Positions 1 through 14,345 of a stretch of 64,000 bases of DNA are shown piece by piece. Origin of the DNA: Iphione sp. A-MEVVRFRX5. Its lineage: Eukaryota. The stretch lies in contig OZ320320.1 in the NCBI GenBank assembly GCA_976226885.1, positions 42,718,001-42,782,000 of the forward strand, written 5' to 3'. The notes under the pieces were generated by a model. It made no database searches. It was not told the origin of the DNA and saw only the letters and a program-made list of their open reading frames with translations. A program made the translations under genes and the position numbers. Each line of letters starts with the position of its first letter. The first letter of the stretch is position 1.

Positions 1-180
1 GGATGCCCACGATTACTTACATTTTGATTTAGCACACCCAACACTCATTTTGACAATTTTGAGATTGAGAAAATAAAGAATTTGAAATTGAATCAAGGGA
101 GCAGGAAATTTGACTAAAGGTGTACTCGCACTTGTACTTGCACTCTAACCTGAGTAATAGGAAGTGGGAAGTTGATAAGG

Positions 181-360
181 AGGAGAAGGAGGATCAGGAT
201 GCAAGGAAGTTAGAATAAAACCGACACTGAAGGGAGAAGAGGAGAAGGAGGAGGAGGAGGAGAAGGAGGAGGAGGAGGGAGGGAAAAGATAGGAGAAAGA
301 GGAGGATGGCAGAGATACAAAGGGTAAGGAAAGGAGAAGGATGCTCAGGGAAAAGGAGTA
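181..360 (+). repeat. (GGA/GAA)n purine-rich microsatellite
   Basis: Direct inspection. Confidence 0.85.
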
Positions 361-2729
361 ACGTGGGAGAGAGAGTTTCCTAAAAATCTATAATCGATTA
401 TAAAAAAAATTGATCGTTATAACCATCCCTACTAAAGATAGTTGGAAAAACAAAAACATTACAGACTATGTGAAAACGCAACCTCATAAAACTGTTTCTT
501 AGATATGGATGGTAAGAGTTTTTTTTCCACAACCTTTTCGCGCCTTACCCTTTGGTTCTGTTCTGTTCCCCTAATTCATCACATGATGCATCCGTATGCT
601 TATTATTATGTGGGACGGGCCAGGGACGGGTCTAGGAATGTCAGAACAATACTGCTTGGACCTTGCTTCGATAAGGTTTTGGCAATTGGGTTTAGACAGG
701 AGTCAAATTAAGTACTCACCCAGTGGCCATTTGTCAGCTTTTTTAGGTGATGTTTTGTTCAAAGGTGTAATCATTTGAGTCATGTGGCCTTACATATTGC
801 TCGATATAAAAGAAACCTTGCAGTTAACAAAAGGTGCCATGGCCTGTACCAACTCCGACGAATCTTACCCGGGTGGTCAGTTTTTCAAAACGTGAAGTTG
901 GAAACCTAGGTTTGGGTGACATTAAAGTATTTTGTGGTAGCTGGAGGATACATCAGGAAAACGGGTGGGAAAATCCACAATGGCGGGGATTTGGACGGGG
1001 ATGTGAAGAGGGGAAGGTACAAGGAGAAGCGGTTGCGTGACAGCTGGTATTGCAAACAAGGTAATGCAGGCAACCCCCATTGGAAAGTATAGCAGAATGT
1101 TGATTAACGAATCTTCTGAGCAGAAGCTCTTTTATAGAAAAGTAGTATAATAAAGTTCTATGCAGACTGTGTGGCCTGTGGTCACATTTTATAGAGTTGT
1201 TGTAAGATAAATGAACTTGAGGGGACAAGCACAGACTCTATTTTACAGCGACAAAGTGAAATGATGGGACACATATACTTCGTTGATCGACGTACATGTA
1301 TATAGTAAGAACGTTTTAGATTCTTGCCAGGGATTTATGTTTAAAATGGTGCGTGTCTCCTATTTCTAGGTCTAAATGTATCTGTATGCGACACCTTCCG
1401 CCCGTTATGTTGCGATGGACACAGCGCACCACAAACATAAACCTACTTCCTAGGCAAAGGCTATCTTCTGTAATAATTATTCACAGCATGATTAACTGCA
1501 TACTTTGTAACTTAGATGTAACTTAGATTACTCTGCATACTTGGTTATTATACTACCTATATAAAAAGGCATCGCTCTAGAAAATCCGGCCCTTCACGGT
1601 GCATTCTGATAGGTGGGGGGCATTCTGGGAGGTAATGTTTTTCTTTTAATTTCACTTCTAGTGGTGACAATGACAATGATTGACAATTACAATGCTTTTA
1701 TTTCTCTAGGGTCCCCTTTTCACGGTATGAGAGAACAGTTACATATATGGTAAATATACAGTGGTCAGATTTTGATGAAAAATCGAAAACCGTGCGAAGC
1801 ACACTGGTGTGATTTAAATATGCAATAATCGGAATTGCAATACGTCAGAATGACAGTGTGTGTCAGATTCTTCGGGAAAACTGACCAGATAATGTTTTTG
1901 CCCTCCGAATTATTTTAATTTCCTCTATTTTAACCCTTCTAAATTTGTCTGGTTATCCTTTTCGGGACAATTTGTCTCATACTAGAAGCTGATGATTCTG
2001 CTGGTTTTTACCTGGAAGAGAACATCTTGCGCCCGAGTATGGAGGAGATCATAATCTGACGGACGCCGACCTTTGTGTGCCTTACCACAGGCGCCGAAGT
2101 AGGTCCTTCACTATGGATGGAGTCTTTTTCAGCTCAAATGGAGCGTGAAAGGATTGAAGGGATCTTGGGAAAGTGTATTGTTAGGTTTGGAATATGTCAA
2201 GTCAGTTCTAATTGTATGCTCGAGGTTCTTGGCATTTAAGTGGTACTTAATTGCAGAAGGGGGCACGGGATTCACAATCTTCCTCGTTCGTTGATGGTGT
2301 TAAACTGTAATGATGAGTGAAATAGTCACGCTTGTCGGAAGGTGATATCTTTTATTTATGTTTCTGCACCAGCTGTCAAGGTATACATGTACGTGGCTTA
2401 TATATAAGCCAAAGTATGGTGCAAATTCTACCTGTAGTTCGATGCAGAAATTAGAATTTTCTTGTTAAGGGGGTCTTTCCATGTATGTGGGTTGTACACA
2501 TACCGGGATTATGACTCCACTATATTCTATGAGACTATGTACAAGTATGCGGGTTGTACAGACCTGCATGTGGGTCCGTACCAACCTGCATACATATAAG
2601 GCCCGGTTTCCATACATGCGGCAATGTCCGGGGGTGTCCGTGTACGTCACCATGCGTTGATTTTATTCCCGCAGACTCCCGCACTCTCCCGCACAGGGGT
2701 GTCCTTTAAATGTGTGCATTTGTGTGCGT

Positions 2730-3210
2730 GAATTGACGGGAAAAAGGATGGAAAAGGATCAAAATGATGCTAAAAGCCACGGAAAAGGGGAAAAATGATG
2801 GGAAAAAGGATGGAAAATGATGCTAAAAGCCACGAAAAATGGGAAAAATGACGGGAAAAATGATGAAAAAAGACAAAAATGATGCAAAAAGCCACGAAAA
2901 ATGGCAAAAATGACGGGAAAAAGTGCAGAAAATGACTGACGTGCGTAAATGTGCAGAAATGTGCAGTATCAACATCCAATAATGACTAAAAGTGACTAAA
3001 AATGACTAAATAGCAGTGCGTTGCCATGTGGTTGCGGCGAATTTACGGTCCCTTCCCGAAAACGGGCGCCGCAGGTCACCGCACCCACAGGTCACCGCAG
3101 GTATGGAACACCCTTCACTGATAGCTTATAGATCAATAATGACATAATTCACCCCATGTCACCGCAGGTCACCACACCCACAGGTCACCGCAGGTATGGA
3201 AACCAGGCCT
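2730..3210. repeat. Composite tandem repeats
   Basis: Three ~55-60 bp units containing AATGATGC(T/A)AAAAGCCACG, and two copies of CAGGTCACC.CACCCACAGGTCACCGCAGGTATGGAA. Confidence 0.7.
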
Positions 3211-6200
3211 AAAAGGCCCTATAGGCGTTAGCCTTCAAGGGTATAATATTTCAATATGCACCTTTTGACCACTAGGCATATTGCCCTTCCATTAGAAATA
3301 CAATGTAATAAGGGAAGCTTCGTTTTTGTATTTTTTCATTGTATTTGTTTTCTAAGCCAGGAACTCAATATTCAGCTTTTTAGCTATTCTTTTTAGCTAT
3401 TCTTTCATATAATCCCAGGGTAGCACCCTACCATTCATTATTGAGAATTCAGGGTTTCCGATGTGTTTTGCACTTAGGGGACAAAAACCCACCCCAAGCA
3501 GTATTAAAAGGGAGAGAATCCATGTTGAAATGTCTATTATGTAGGAAGTCAGTTCAGCTGGCAAGAGCCATGATTAGCATTAGAATACTGTGAAAAAGGT
3601 TCCTATCATAAAGTCTGGGGACTCTTGACCACGATCCAAACATGAGCTGCTACTTCCTGAAAACCCATTAACTTTATACAAGTATTTGCAACTGCCAAAT
3701 AACTTTGGAACCTTAACACTGTTGCAGTCCAAGAGGAATTTTGATAAGATATTAGTACACTGATAACCTGAGCCCTGTGAAACTTAGTCACTAGTGACTA
3801 TCTTGAGTTAGACTTCATGAAGATAGTCATGATGACCAGAGCTGTTAGTTGCTTATGACTAATCTGCTTGTAGAACTCTCTATTGAGGAGATCAATAAAA
3901 CACGTTCCTGCTCCACCATACCTGGAAGATGACAAATCATAATCAGGATATTTAGCTATATTTCTTCTATATACCTTCATTGAACTGACAAGCAACTAGG
4001 ACAGTCTTATCAGGTAGGCTTTGAGCTTTCTCTAAAGGTTTATTGCATTCAAATGTGCTTATTACTTATGGTTGTGTGAGAAATTATATCTACTCTGCTG
4101 ACATATCTCAACTGTTTTTTTCATCTGATGTGATTTTAAATTTAAGGCATTAGTCAGTATAGACTATGTTAAGTTAGTAGAATTGACTAAGAGATTAGTA
4201 AAAAAAATATGGAAATTCTGACTAACATATTAGTTAATTTGAACATGTAAGATTAGTCATTTTGACATAATAAACTTAGTCATTTTGACTAACACAAAGT
4301 ATTATATTCCTGGAAAAAATTAAGTGACTAATACTCTTAGTCAGATATGACTAAGGTGACTAACTTGTCTTAGGTCACTTTTGGTACTGTCATTTTGACC
4401 TAAGAAAGTTAGTCACCAATGACTAAGAATTCAAAACTTCAGATTATCAGTGTAGACAGAAAGGAGGGGGACAGGCGTCGTCTGCCAAGAATGAAGACAA
4501 GTGATGACCCATAGCAATGGTACCTATGGCCAGATCAAATGGAGTCACAGGCTTCATCTGTATTCTGTGGATGTGGCAGTAAAGATTCCAGAAGCACTCA
4601 GACAGGCTACAAGTCAACAATGAGTTACATTTTGTAATGTGTGAGTGTCTAACTGAGCTCTCATTTGCGAAAAGTCAAACAGAAGACAAGAATACACTAA
4701 AATAGTTGTACATGGGGTCATTTTTCTCATGTGTGCAAGGAAAAAGAGTCTGTTTATTCAGAAAAACATGGAAGCTTATATACTACAGTGTTGCACAATA
4801 TCATAAAGATTACATAATGGTAGCTATAAACAGAGTATTGTGTAGAGTTATGTCTGGTCTGGAGGAATCTGCATAATACCTACTCCTGCTGCATCATAGA
4901 TTACACTTACGCAGGTACCCTACTATGCAATACTTATCTGCGCAATACAATCCATGCCAAAACAGACCATTTGAAATGGACGCCTGATGTGGATCACCTG
5001 AAACAGATTTCCCCAAGCCAGATCATTCATTACATACATGCACACACTACAATTTTAACAGATACATACATGTCATCTCTTACATTGTATATATCCCTAT
5101 CATTACATATCATTTGTATTATCATGTGATGGATTTACCCAGTTAATACTGGATGTAAGAACTGCAATGTATAATGCTTCAGTATAAATAAAGTAAATAA
5201 GACATGTCAATGTCGCTTCAATAATAGAGAGAAAAGGGAGATGTACAGATATTGAGAAGACAAACGAAGATACCATGGAAACAGCTGCCCATGCCACTTT
5301 CACACAAAGTTGGACAGAGAATAAATCCAAAGGATATACACTTAGCCATGTGAAAATGGGGAGGAGAATGTATGACTCAGAAAGAAAACATGTTCGGCAC
5401 TACTTACATTAGCTGTTAAGGTACTATACTTTAATGTCCTCAGCTAGGTGGAGCATACTTCATATATTTAATCGATAAATCTTTAACTTGCCGAGGGTGC
5501 TAAATTGAGAACCGGGCACGGCCTGTCCTCATCGTAAAGGTTGTAGGATGAAGGTGTCCTGCTGGTTGGTACGAGAATGAAAGTTTTTAGGTAACTTAAG
5601 AGTACATTACTGGCGCCACCTGTAGTCTCACATAGACCTCATTTCTACATAGCTCTTAATTGATAAAGTTAGATTATAACACGTATAACAAGGAAAAGAG
5701 TGCACCGAATCAGTCAGGTTCATCAAAGCTTTTTTTTGCAGATAAGTTCGTAGAATTAGTGTATCAGCAGAACAGGCGTCAAGCAGAATCCAACCAACTA
5801 TTAAATACATGTACCAATGGACAAATATGCGTACGGAAGAGAGATACAACTATTTTAGGGAGTATGGTTTATGGTTTCCAAATTATCCACAAGATTGACG
5901 TCAATACTGTTTCTATATATAGTTATTTTACGTTATAACAAACATGGAGTACTACAGGGATCAACACTTGGTCCTTTGTTATTCTCACTTTTCATTAACG
6001 ATCTAACAGTCAACTTAAGAGAATATTTTTTGCAAATAATTTTCTAAATAAGAGAAATAGGCCCTGTGTCACGCATTCAAAATGAATTGATATTCAATAT
6101 GGAGTTAGACTCTGTCTACAAGAGACAATCAAACAAAATGTATGTAATTAACAAAATAAAAATGTGCCTACACACCTCAGACCTATTTGTGTTATGCAAG

Positions 6201-6619
6201 GCCTTCATCAGACAACAAGATGATTATTTAACAGTGTTTCTGCAGTGTAATTCAAACTATGCTCTTCACAGGTAAAATAGTTGGTTGGCAATTATTAACT
6301 GTGGATCACATCAAGTTCAATAACCCAACAAGCAAAGAATAATATCTTGAATTTAACATTATCAAGTCTCTTTTCAATCTGATTCATAAAGTGATTGTTA
6401 AGGCCAAGAGCTACAGATGGCATAAAAATAAGTTCAAAGCCTGACAATTTCTGTCAAAAATTATATTTAGCCTTAAATATATATATATATATATTGTTTA
6501 AATCTTCATATCTATGATCATCAAGATAACAGCAAACAAATGTGTATTTTCAGTTCTATTATCCCTACAACATGCTTCCTAAGTAAGGACACTGACCTCT
6601 GATAAAGTTAGCTGCCAAC

Positions 6620-6956
6620 CAAATAGGACGGAGGGAGAGAGAGGGGAGGGAGCAGGAGAGGGAGGGAGACACAGAAAGAGATGTAGGGAGAGAGGGATGG
6701 AGAGAGAGGGGAAGAGAGAGGAAGGGAGCAAAAAAGAAAGGGAGAAAGAGGGAGGGAGAGAGAGAAATAGAGAGGGAGAGAGGGAGGGAGGGACGGAAAG
6801 AGAGAGGGAAGGAGAAAGAGGGAGCAAGNNNNNNNNNNNNNNNNNNNNNNNNNNNNNNNNNNNNNNNNNNNNNNNNNNNNNNNNNNNNNNNNNNNNNNNN
6901 NNNNNNNNNNNNNNNNNNNNNNNNNNNNNNNNNNNNNNNNNNNNNNNNNNNNNNNN
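6620..6956 (+). repeat. GA-rich low-complexity tract running into a 128-N assembly gap (6829-6956)
   Basis: Direct inspection. Confidence 0.9.
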
Positions 6957-7989
6957 GAAACGGAGAAAAGTAAAACACACTATAGGTCTAGTTTCAGCTT
7001 CATTCACCAAGGTGTGCATATTAGTTCATGAAGTAGCCACTTGGCACCTACTACTCCTGCCCTTAATGAAGGTTATTTTGGGTGATAAAACATAGGTTAC
7101 ATGATGTAGACTACACAATGCAAACATCTTATAACCAAAAGTGATTCTGACAAATTTATAAGAGATTTTACGATTATTATCAATATATAGATCAAATACT
7201 TACATCGAGTAAATATCAATACACATGTAAGATTCCTGTAATTTAATACTAAAATTTTAGAAAACATAGGTCACACTTCTAACCATAACTTCCTTATGCA
7301 ATGGAGACCCGTATAGGCAACTAGGCAACTAAGGTAGGGACAGGCCAATTTAGGTCTCTCGCACAGATTGGTCTCCCCTGCGGCGCATTGTCAGATGTAT
7401 AGTCTCTCCAAAAGATGTATGGTACAGGTGAGACCAAATAGGAGACCAAGCTTGGAACTGGCCAATTTCGGTCTCTGCAATGGTATTGTCTCATTAGATA
7501 TGCTATAGAGTGAAACGACTGATATGGTCATACCTATCTTGGTCTAGTTTGGTCTCTCCTGTAATTTGGTCTTAAACCGGGTATCCACTGTATGTGAAGG
7601 TATTAGCTGTTCCATCTTCTACATATTTCATAATTGTCTGGGGAAAGGTCCCTAGGTAATTGCTTCAGTGTTCCTTCTGTACATAATGAGAGCAGAGCAA
7701 TGGTTTAGGAGAGGTACCCAGGTAAATTCTTTTCTACTTACTCTGGTTGCCTCTGTAAAACAAAATCCTTCGTTTGGGACTTTAAATTTTGGTCTTTCCG
7801 CCAGCTTGGTTTCCTCTATAGGTTGGTCATTAACTGAGTATCAACTGTACATGACTTGTCCTGTATGACTTGGCCTTCCTCATGATAATATTTTTAGTGT
7901 GTCTCATAACATCTTTGTGTGATATCAGAATATCAGTGGTTAAGAGTATCCAAAATCACACTTTAAAACAATTTGATTGATACAGAAGA

Positions 7990-8270
7990 ATAAGCAGGTA
8001 TGTTAGATATAAATGATGCATGACAGTGTTTACACTGGCAGTGAGAAAACTGTCATATCATAAACTACCACATACCAGAAATTCATCCAGACTAGGAGGG
8101 ATGTTAGGTATAAATGATGTATGCGAAAGTTGAAACAGACAGCTAAAAACATTTCATATATCACAAATTTTCATGCAAGTCACCAATCCAAACAGACAGG
8201 AGGGATGTTGGCTATAAACAACCTGTGTGGTTTCGCTAGCAGTGAAAAACTGCCATGTATCACACACAAG
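7990..8270. repeat. Diverged minisatellite, about 3 x 102 bp
   Basis: G(G)AGGGATGTT(AG)GTATAAA-like blocks near 7995, 8096 and 8199; CAGTGA..AAACTG.CAT near 8038 and 8239. Confidence 0.6.
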
Positions 8271-11200
8271 TGTTTATCAGGTTTAAACATCTATTGTCAT
8301 TTAAACCTGTTAAACCGCTGTGATAACTATTTAAGCTACTTTATTTACATGCTTAAATTACTGATGTCTAGAGGGAACTCCTGTTCCACAACGTACCTGG
8401 GTTTGAATACTGATCTATGAATAACATTGCCTACAAGTAGATATCTGCTACTGAATCGGACTATACCAAGAACTGTTACTTAAACTACAAACACATAGAC
8501 GGAGACTGTCGAGAGGTTCTATTGTTTTATTTTACATTTAATAATCATCTGTGATGTTTAATATAAGTTGTGAGCAAAGTCAATTATGAATAGGAACACT
8601 AATGTACACAGTAAACAAACTTTTGATTGCTTGACTTTTTCCTATTAACTGCTGCTGCTTTGATAACAAAATCTATGCATGTCGGTGCATAGTTGCTCAT
8701 TGTAAATCCTCAATACTGCTTATCACTGCTGTTGTCTGATGTTCGGACGAAGAACTTTGTACTGCATAACAAAAGATTCCGAATAAACTTTATTCAAATT
8801 CAAAATCAAATAAGTATGTGAGTCAGTTAGCGGCAAAATCAAGTGGAATTTTGGGTATAAGGACCCGCAACAAAATCTAAATTCAGGTTACATAAATAAA
8901 TCGACTGAATAGGTCAATACTGATGAGGCACAATATAAGATCTGATCACCCTTTATGTTGCAAATACTGTGCTCTGTGTGAAATATTCCAAGTTTGTAAT
9001 ATCACTAATCTGGAGTTGCATCAACAACCACACCTACTACGTGATTGTTTCTTCTTGCACATTATATCTCCGACAGGCTCCATTTATTCATAAAAATATG
9101 GAGCACAAAAATGTTAACACAACATCTATTCAATAATGCACTATAAATATATATAGATAAAAGAAAACATCCTTTCCGTAACGAACTTTCAGTAATTCTT
9201 CTCTCTTTGCCTAATTTGAAAAATAATTTGAAAGTTTTCTGATAGGGTAACAAAACAAGTTTAAAACAGAATTTCGTGAACACTGAATCTATGATAATTT
9301 CACTGCCGGCCGCTTTCAAAATTAAATTCTGTCAATGGTTCATCGTTTAAAATGGTACATGATTACCATGTCTAATTACAAGAAGAACACAGCACACATG
9401 AACTATTAATACAAAAAATTACTACCATTAAAACAAGTGTACGTATACAAATGCATACAATTATTTCTTTTTTGCAACAGCTTGCCACATGCGAGAGTGA
9501 ATACATACATACATATATACGATATACGTTTATATATGTGTGCGTGCGTCAAAATAAGCAGAGGCAAAAAGATTGTCGTCATCGACGGGATACCCTGACT
9601 CTAACCTTTCAGTGGGTTTTAGACCTCTCGTGCATATAATCCCTCGTTCGCTAGTTACCTACCGGAAGACTTTACCACTGAGACAATCATATAACAAATC
9701 CATGCTATGTTACTGAAAAGGCTTTATTTCAAAACACTGGCTCCGCATCTCGCAGGTTTACGTTAGAACAGGACAATTCTTATTATAACCATCTCACATT
9801 ATCACCTACAAACACTATCATCACCTCACATCGCCACTTATTCAAACCATTCCTAAGTCAAGTCATCATTGAGTAACATAGGTATCAGCTGAAACCATCA
9901 TTACCTCAAAGTGCACCATGACCAACTCACACCATCACCCATTATGGGTTGGTTTCCAATTATGCGTTTTGCACTGTGTGTGTTGCATGTGTTGGATCTT
10001 CATCGACTGTACTGGTGCATGGGAAAACAGGGAGACATCTTTTTGCTTGCATTTGCCTTGCATAATTTCACTGTTTTTTCTACAAATGTCCTGAATCTGT
10101 GCCAAATGAATTGTTCTGAATTTGTTCCATAACTGTTGAAATTGTGTTTTTTTTTTGCAAATGATATGCGTCTGTGCCACACAATCTAGACTGTGCAGCT
10201 TTTAAGCCAATGATATGCAAGTAAAGCAGAGCTTTACATGCTGTTTTAGATATATTAACAGTACCATATTACAAACAAACAACAAAGTGGACACGATCAT
10301 AATAATGGTCAGTTAAGCACATTACACTGTACTCCTGGAAAATGCAGCTGTGAGCTACAACATCGAGGTTAGCCACCTTAAAGCAAGCGTTGGAACCTGA
10401 TATGGCCACTGTCTGAGATGGTGCCCCCAGCTTTTTAGAGACTGAATGCTTCCCCCCCCCCACCCCCGTCAGCACCATCCAGTACTGTAGACTGATTGAA
10501 GTCCTTACGAGAAGGATTCCAAGGCTATACACATTAGTTTGGCATCGGAAAGGGAAAATAAACTAAAGGATTGGTGGAAGTAGAAACACGTGGCTCCTAT
10601 TGGATCTCACAAAAACCCACTAGGAGCACCCAGGAGAGACATGTGGCAACTCAGAGCGGGCTCTAAAAACCTCACAGTACATAGCCACTTAAATTCCCAC
10701 TACATACCTGCCTATAATAGAGGTTAGATGACCTATACACTGTAAACATTATAAGTTGGCCTAACCGCCACTGATGAGCTAGTATAACAGAATTTCATCA
10801 TGTAGAGACAACCAGAAATCAGCAAGGCACGAGTCAGAGCGTTTGTATTATGGCACCGTCATTGTATACTAGAAATAGTGGCGTACGGTCCAAAAAATGG
10901 GGCAAATTCATCGGTAAAAAGAGGAGTTGTAATAACTTTTGGTTCAGGTGTGAGTGAGTCATGGCAGGAGTTGATCTTAATGGCGTAAATCGACATCCTT
11001 GAAATAAACTTTACATTAACCCCTCTCTAGACGGCAAGCTGAATTCTTCCAGAGTCGGAATTTCTCTGTAAAACGACCGGTTTATTAACTCAGTTGAGCA
11101 TTATTGTTATACTGACAAGCACATGCAATAGCCAAGACTAATACACATACACGTATGCAGGCAAGGTAGCCATGATCTACATTAAAGGTGGACGCATTCA

Positions 11201-12210
11201 GAATTCACATATTTTTGGGTCAGATGTGCCTTCAGGTCCTCCTTGGCCTGCACAAACATCAACTCATCCCATCTCAAAGGGAATATAGGGATCGTGCATG
11301 AATATAGATTCGCTTTCTTATAAGAAAACGTCAAACCTATCCACTTCCACGATTGTACAGTGAAGCCTGTCTACGGACACCCGGACACTACGGACAACAC
11401 TCACAACTGACGCTTTTAGTTCAGTCCCAAACTAAAACCTTACAAATCAGCGGGTTTATACTGCTGGGGGTGTTAGCATGACCACTCATCACTGAACAGA
11501 ATGTTTGAAGGGTTATTCATTGTCTAAGGTGTGGGCAGAGGTACTAGCATGACCATTAAGATGTCCTACCTCAAAGCATTGTAGGGTTTTAGGTGACAGG
11601 GGAATTAGCAAAGCAGTTGTTAGCAGCTGCAATTCAGCAGGTTTAGGATCCTTACTCATCAAATTCAGCTCTTAGGCATTAAATTCAGCACTTTTAGGAC
11701 ATGTATTTCACTGAAAGAACTTCAGTTTGTATTACATGAGGTGAACAAATGTATATTCATTTATTTACTCATTCATTCATATGTACATTTACTTGGTAGG
11801 GAGAGAGGTAGAAGGGGTAGCTTGGCTACAGCGGACACCCCCTACTGTAGACACTATAAACTAAGTCCCAATGATATCTACTGTATAGAGCTTTCAGTGT
11901 ATTTATGTGCTTATATCTGACAGGTCAGGATCGTTTTTAGGACTGAATCATGATTGAATTAGGCTTTAAAGGGGCATACTGTTTCACTATAGTCTGGATT
12001 TTTGCACATTTAGGGGTGCCAGCGATAGATCAATCGTCGAAGAGGACCCTGATACAAAGAGTTAACAATCTTTCGGTAGATGACATCAAAAGTCATGTAT
12101 TAACATCAGTCCAATTTCCAAACCTGAATGAGCATGCGTGTGCATGTGTACGCATTGACCACGACCATGCATGGCAATGGACGCCTCTCCTATCCCCCGT
12201 GTTTTTTTAT

Positions 12211-12609
12211 CTACCGTGCACGCCGAGGGAGCGAGGAATCGATGATGATGGCAGCTGGTGCAAGTGTCGGGGGATAGATGTTGGCCTTGGCTGGGAACCG
12301 CTGGCCGGCAATATCCACCTCATAGTGGGATCCCTTCAGGATGAAGTCATTGGTGATGTAGTTGGCTTCACCTGTCGACTCATCCACATCAGACACGTAG
12401 CCAAGCACAACCTGCCGGTCTAGGGTGAAACCATAGGCTGTCGATGTGGCTGTGCCTACCAACTTGCCATTACGGTAGATGGGCTCCCCGCCCCAAGGCC
12501 AGGGGTCCGTGTCCAAGTTGTGGTTTTCCAGCAGGAATTGGACGAGGCGTTTCTTGATACCTTCATTCTTCTGTTTCATCAGTGCACCATGTCCGATGAA
12601 GTTACCCAC
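12211..12609 (-). CDS. PDPR: PDPR exon 17 (last coding exon, GCV_T C-terminal barrel)
   Basis: aaattag|GTG GGT AAC TTC ... TAG at 12213-12211; FIGHGALMKQK...WPWGGEPIYRNGKLVGTATSTAYGFTL...YEVDIAGQRFPAK. Confidence 0.93.
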   Translation of the reverse strand: MGNFIGHGALMKQKNEGIKKRLVQFLLENHNLDTDPWPWGGEPIYRNGKLVGTATSTAYGFTLDRQVVLGYVSDVDESTGEANYITNDFILKGSHYEVDIAGQRFPAKANIYPPTLAPAAIIIDSSLPRRAR

Positions 12610-12750
12610 CTAATTTTGTAAGTGAAATAAAATAATCGTGATTGCAAAAAAAATCCATATGCGTATGTTATTTCACCGTTTAATGCTCATTCTATTATCA
12701 ACGGACTATCTCTGCGGCTGAACTGCTCTCCTTGAAGGAGTGGTACTTAC

Positions 12751-12930
12751 ATCAAACTTGACACGATACTCCCTTCCACACTCCATGGGTGTGCTCTGTG
12801 GGGTGAGGTCTGTGCCCCAGTAGGCAAAGAACTTCTCGGTACGCAACGCCCGAAGAGCATAGTAACCAGCATTTCTGACTCCATAATTTTTACCCGCTTC
12901 CATCAGGCTATCATATACATGCAATGCATA
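12751..12930 (-). CDS. PDPR: PDPR exon 16
   Basis: ctatccag|TAT ... GAT|gtaagt; 180 nt; YALHVYDSLMEAGKNYGVRNAGYYALRALRTEKFFAYWGTDL...RVKFD. Confidence 0.94.
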
Positions 12931-13217
12931 CTGGATAGGAAAGAAAAAATATTATAAATTAACACATATACATGCAAAAGCCTTAGTTTGGGATATGGGA
13001 TACTGTTCACAACATAGTAGCGGCAGATATTTTTATAATACTCTGAATAAATCTCCAAAGTCGTTAACCTTTCCAGCTCGTCAGCAATTTTTTCTTATAT
13101 CCCCATGGGACTAACAGTAGTATAGAGGCAAATACAAAGAAAAGGTTGTAAGAATGTATCCTTCCTGCCGCCTGCCTGAGGTGTGAAGTTTACAATATTT
13201 GGCCCAGCTACACTCAC

Positions 13218-13307
13218 CTCTGATGGAATGTAGAGGCACCATCCATCTTCACCAGAGTGGGTCAGCCTCATGGCCTTGACTCCGCTCGCTTGACCTACAT
13301 CAATCAC
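13218..13307 (-). CDS. PDPR: PDPR exon 15
   Basis: cttctag|GTG ... GAG|gtgagt; 90 nt; VIDVGQASGVKAMRLTHSGEDGWCLYIPSE. Confidence 0.93.
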
Positions 13308-13655
13308 CTAGAAGAGTACAACAGGTGGCGACGTTATCATAGAGTTGTTCCTTGCTTCCTTAGGTAGTATACAGAAGACAAATAAGATACTGACAAGATC
13401 CAGGCAATTAACAGTTCCGAAACACATTCTGGAGATTATACCGTTTTACTGTTTTTCACTTATTATCTTTCAATTTCATTCTGTTTCTCTGTCTGTCGCT
13501 CTTTGTCCTTCTCAATCTTCCTTTCTAATTGTCTCTCTTCATCAAATTCTCTGGTTTCTCTCGATACTCTTCTCACAGGTATGAAATTGTGACCCTCCTT
13601 CCCTCCCTCTCTCCCTTTCCACCACCTTCCTTCGTCTTTTACCTTCTTGCCTTAC

Positions 13656-13863
13656 CTTACAAGTCATGCTGAAGAAGTCCTGTTTAGAGAGTGGTGTGTC
13701 GGTCAATTCTCCGAGCAGCTCTTGTGCCTTGGGACCAATCACATTGATTGCCGTGTACATGGAGGTAACATCGGTGAGCTGGACTGACCCATCTTCTGGG
13801 AGGTGGTCTCTTAGCCAGGCGTACGCGCGGGTCTGCTGTGCAGTTGGACCAATCATGAAGTAC
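13656..13863 (-). CDS. PDPR: PDPR exon 14
   Basis: tatccag|G ... AAG|gtaagg; 208 nt; YFMIGPTAQQTRAYAWL...DVTSMYTAINVIGPKAQELL...MTCK. Confidence 0.93.
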
Positions 13864-14196
13864 CTGGATAATATACGGAAAAAACTCTGTCAGATAATTA
13901 TTGAACAGGTAGGAATCATAAGGAGCCAAAAATGGACCGAGCGAAGAGGAGAGGAGCTCACTAGAGCAGACAAACTTGTTCAGTCCGCCAGGGGACCACT
14001 GTGGGTTGTTATAAGGATTCACTTTCTCTTCACACAAATACAGACTTTTGAATCAAAACATATCAGATAAAATGGCAATTTCTCTGAATACCTCTGTCAT
14101 CATACCTTGCGATAACTGTATATATTTATAAGTTTTGTGTATGGATTTTGCTGCGTGTCGTAAGTACATGAGCAGGGAGGTGCACGATTTACTTAC

Positions 14197-14345
14197 TTGT
14201 TTTCTGCAAGCCGTACAATGCTACAGTCATTCTCGTAGCCGCCGTGGTCATTCTGCATGCCAGTGTGAACGACCATCCCTATCGGCCGGTCGATGTCATT
14301 CGAACACACCATCTGTAGGAATGCTGTTGCCTCCGAACCAGCAGA
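14197..14345 (-). CDS. PDPR: PDPR exon 13
   Basis: tatctaag|TCT ... AA|gtaagt; 149 nt; SAGSEATAFLQMVCSNDIDRPIGMVVHTGMQNDHGGYENDCSIVRLAEN. Confidence 0.93.

Noticed and set aside
480-2350. Possible coding remnants (LINE- or Penelope-like)
   Set aside because: Only vague short motifs broken by stops; I cannot assign them without a search.
6565-7095. ORFs spanning the GA tract and N gap
   Set aside because: Low-complexity translation across unknown bases.
11081-11765. Minus-strand AATAAA hexamers (11760-11765, 11081-11086) as the PDPR poly(A) signal
   Set aside because: Such hexamers are common in AT-rich DNA and cannot be chosen without 3' end data.
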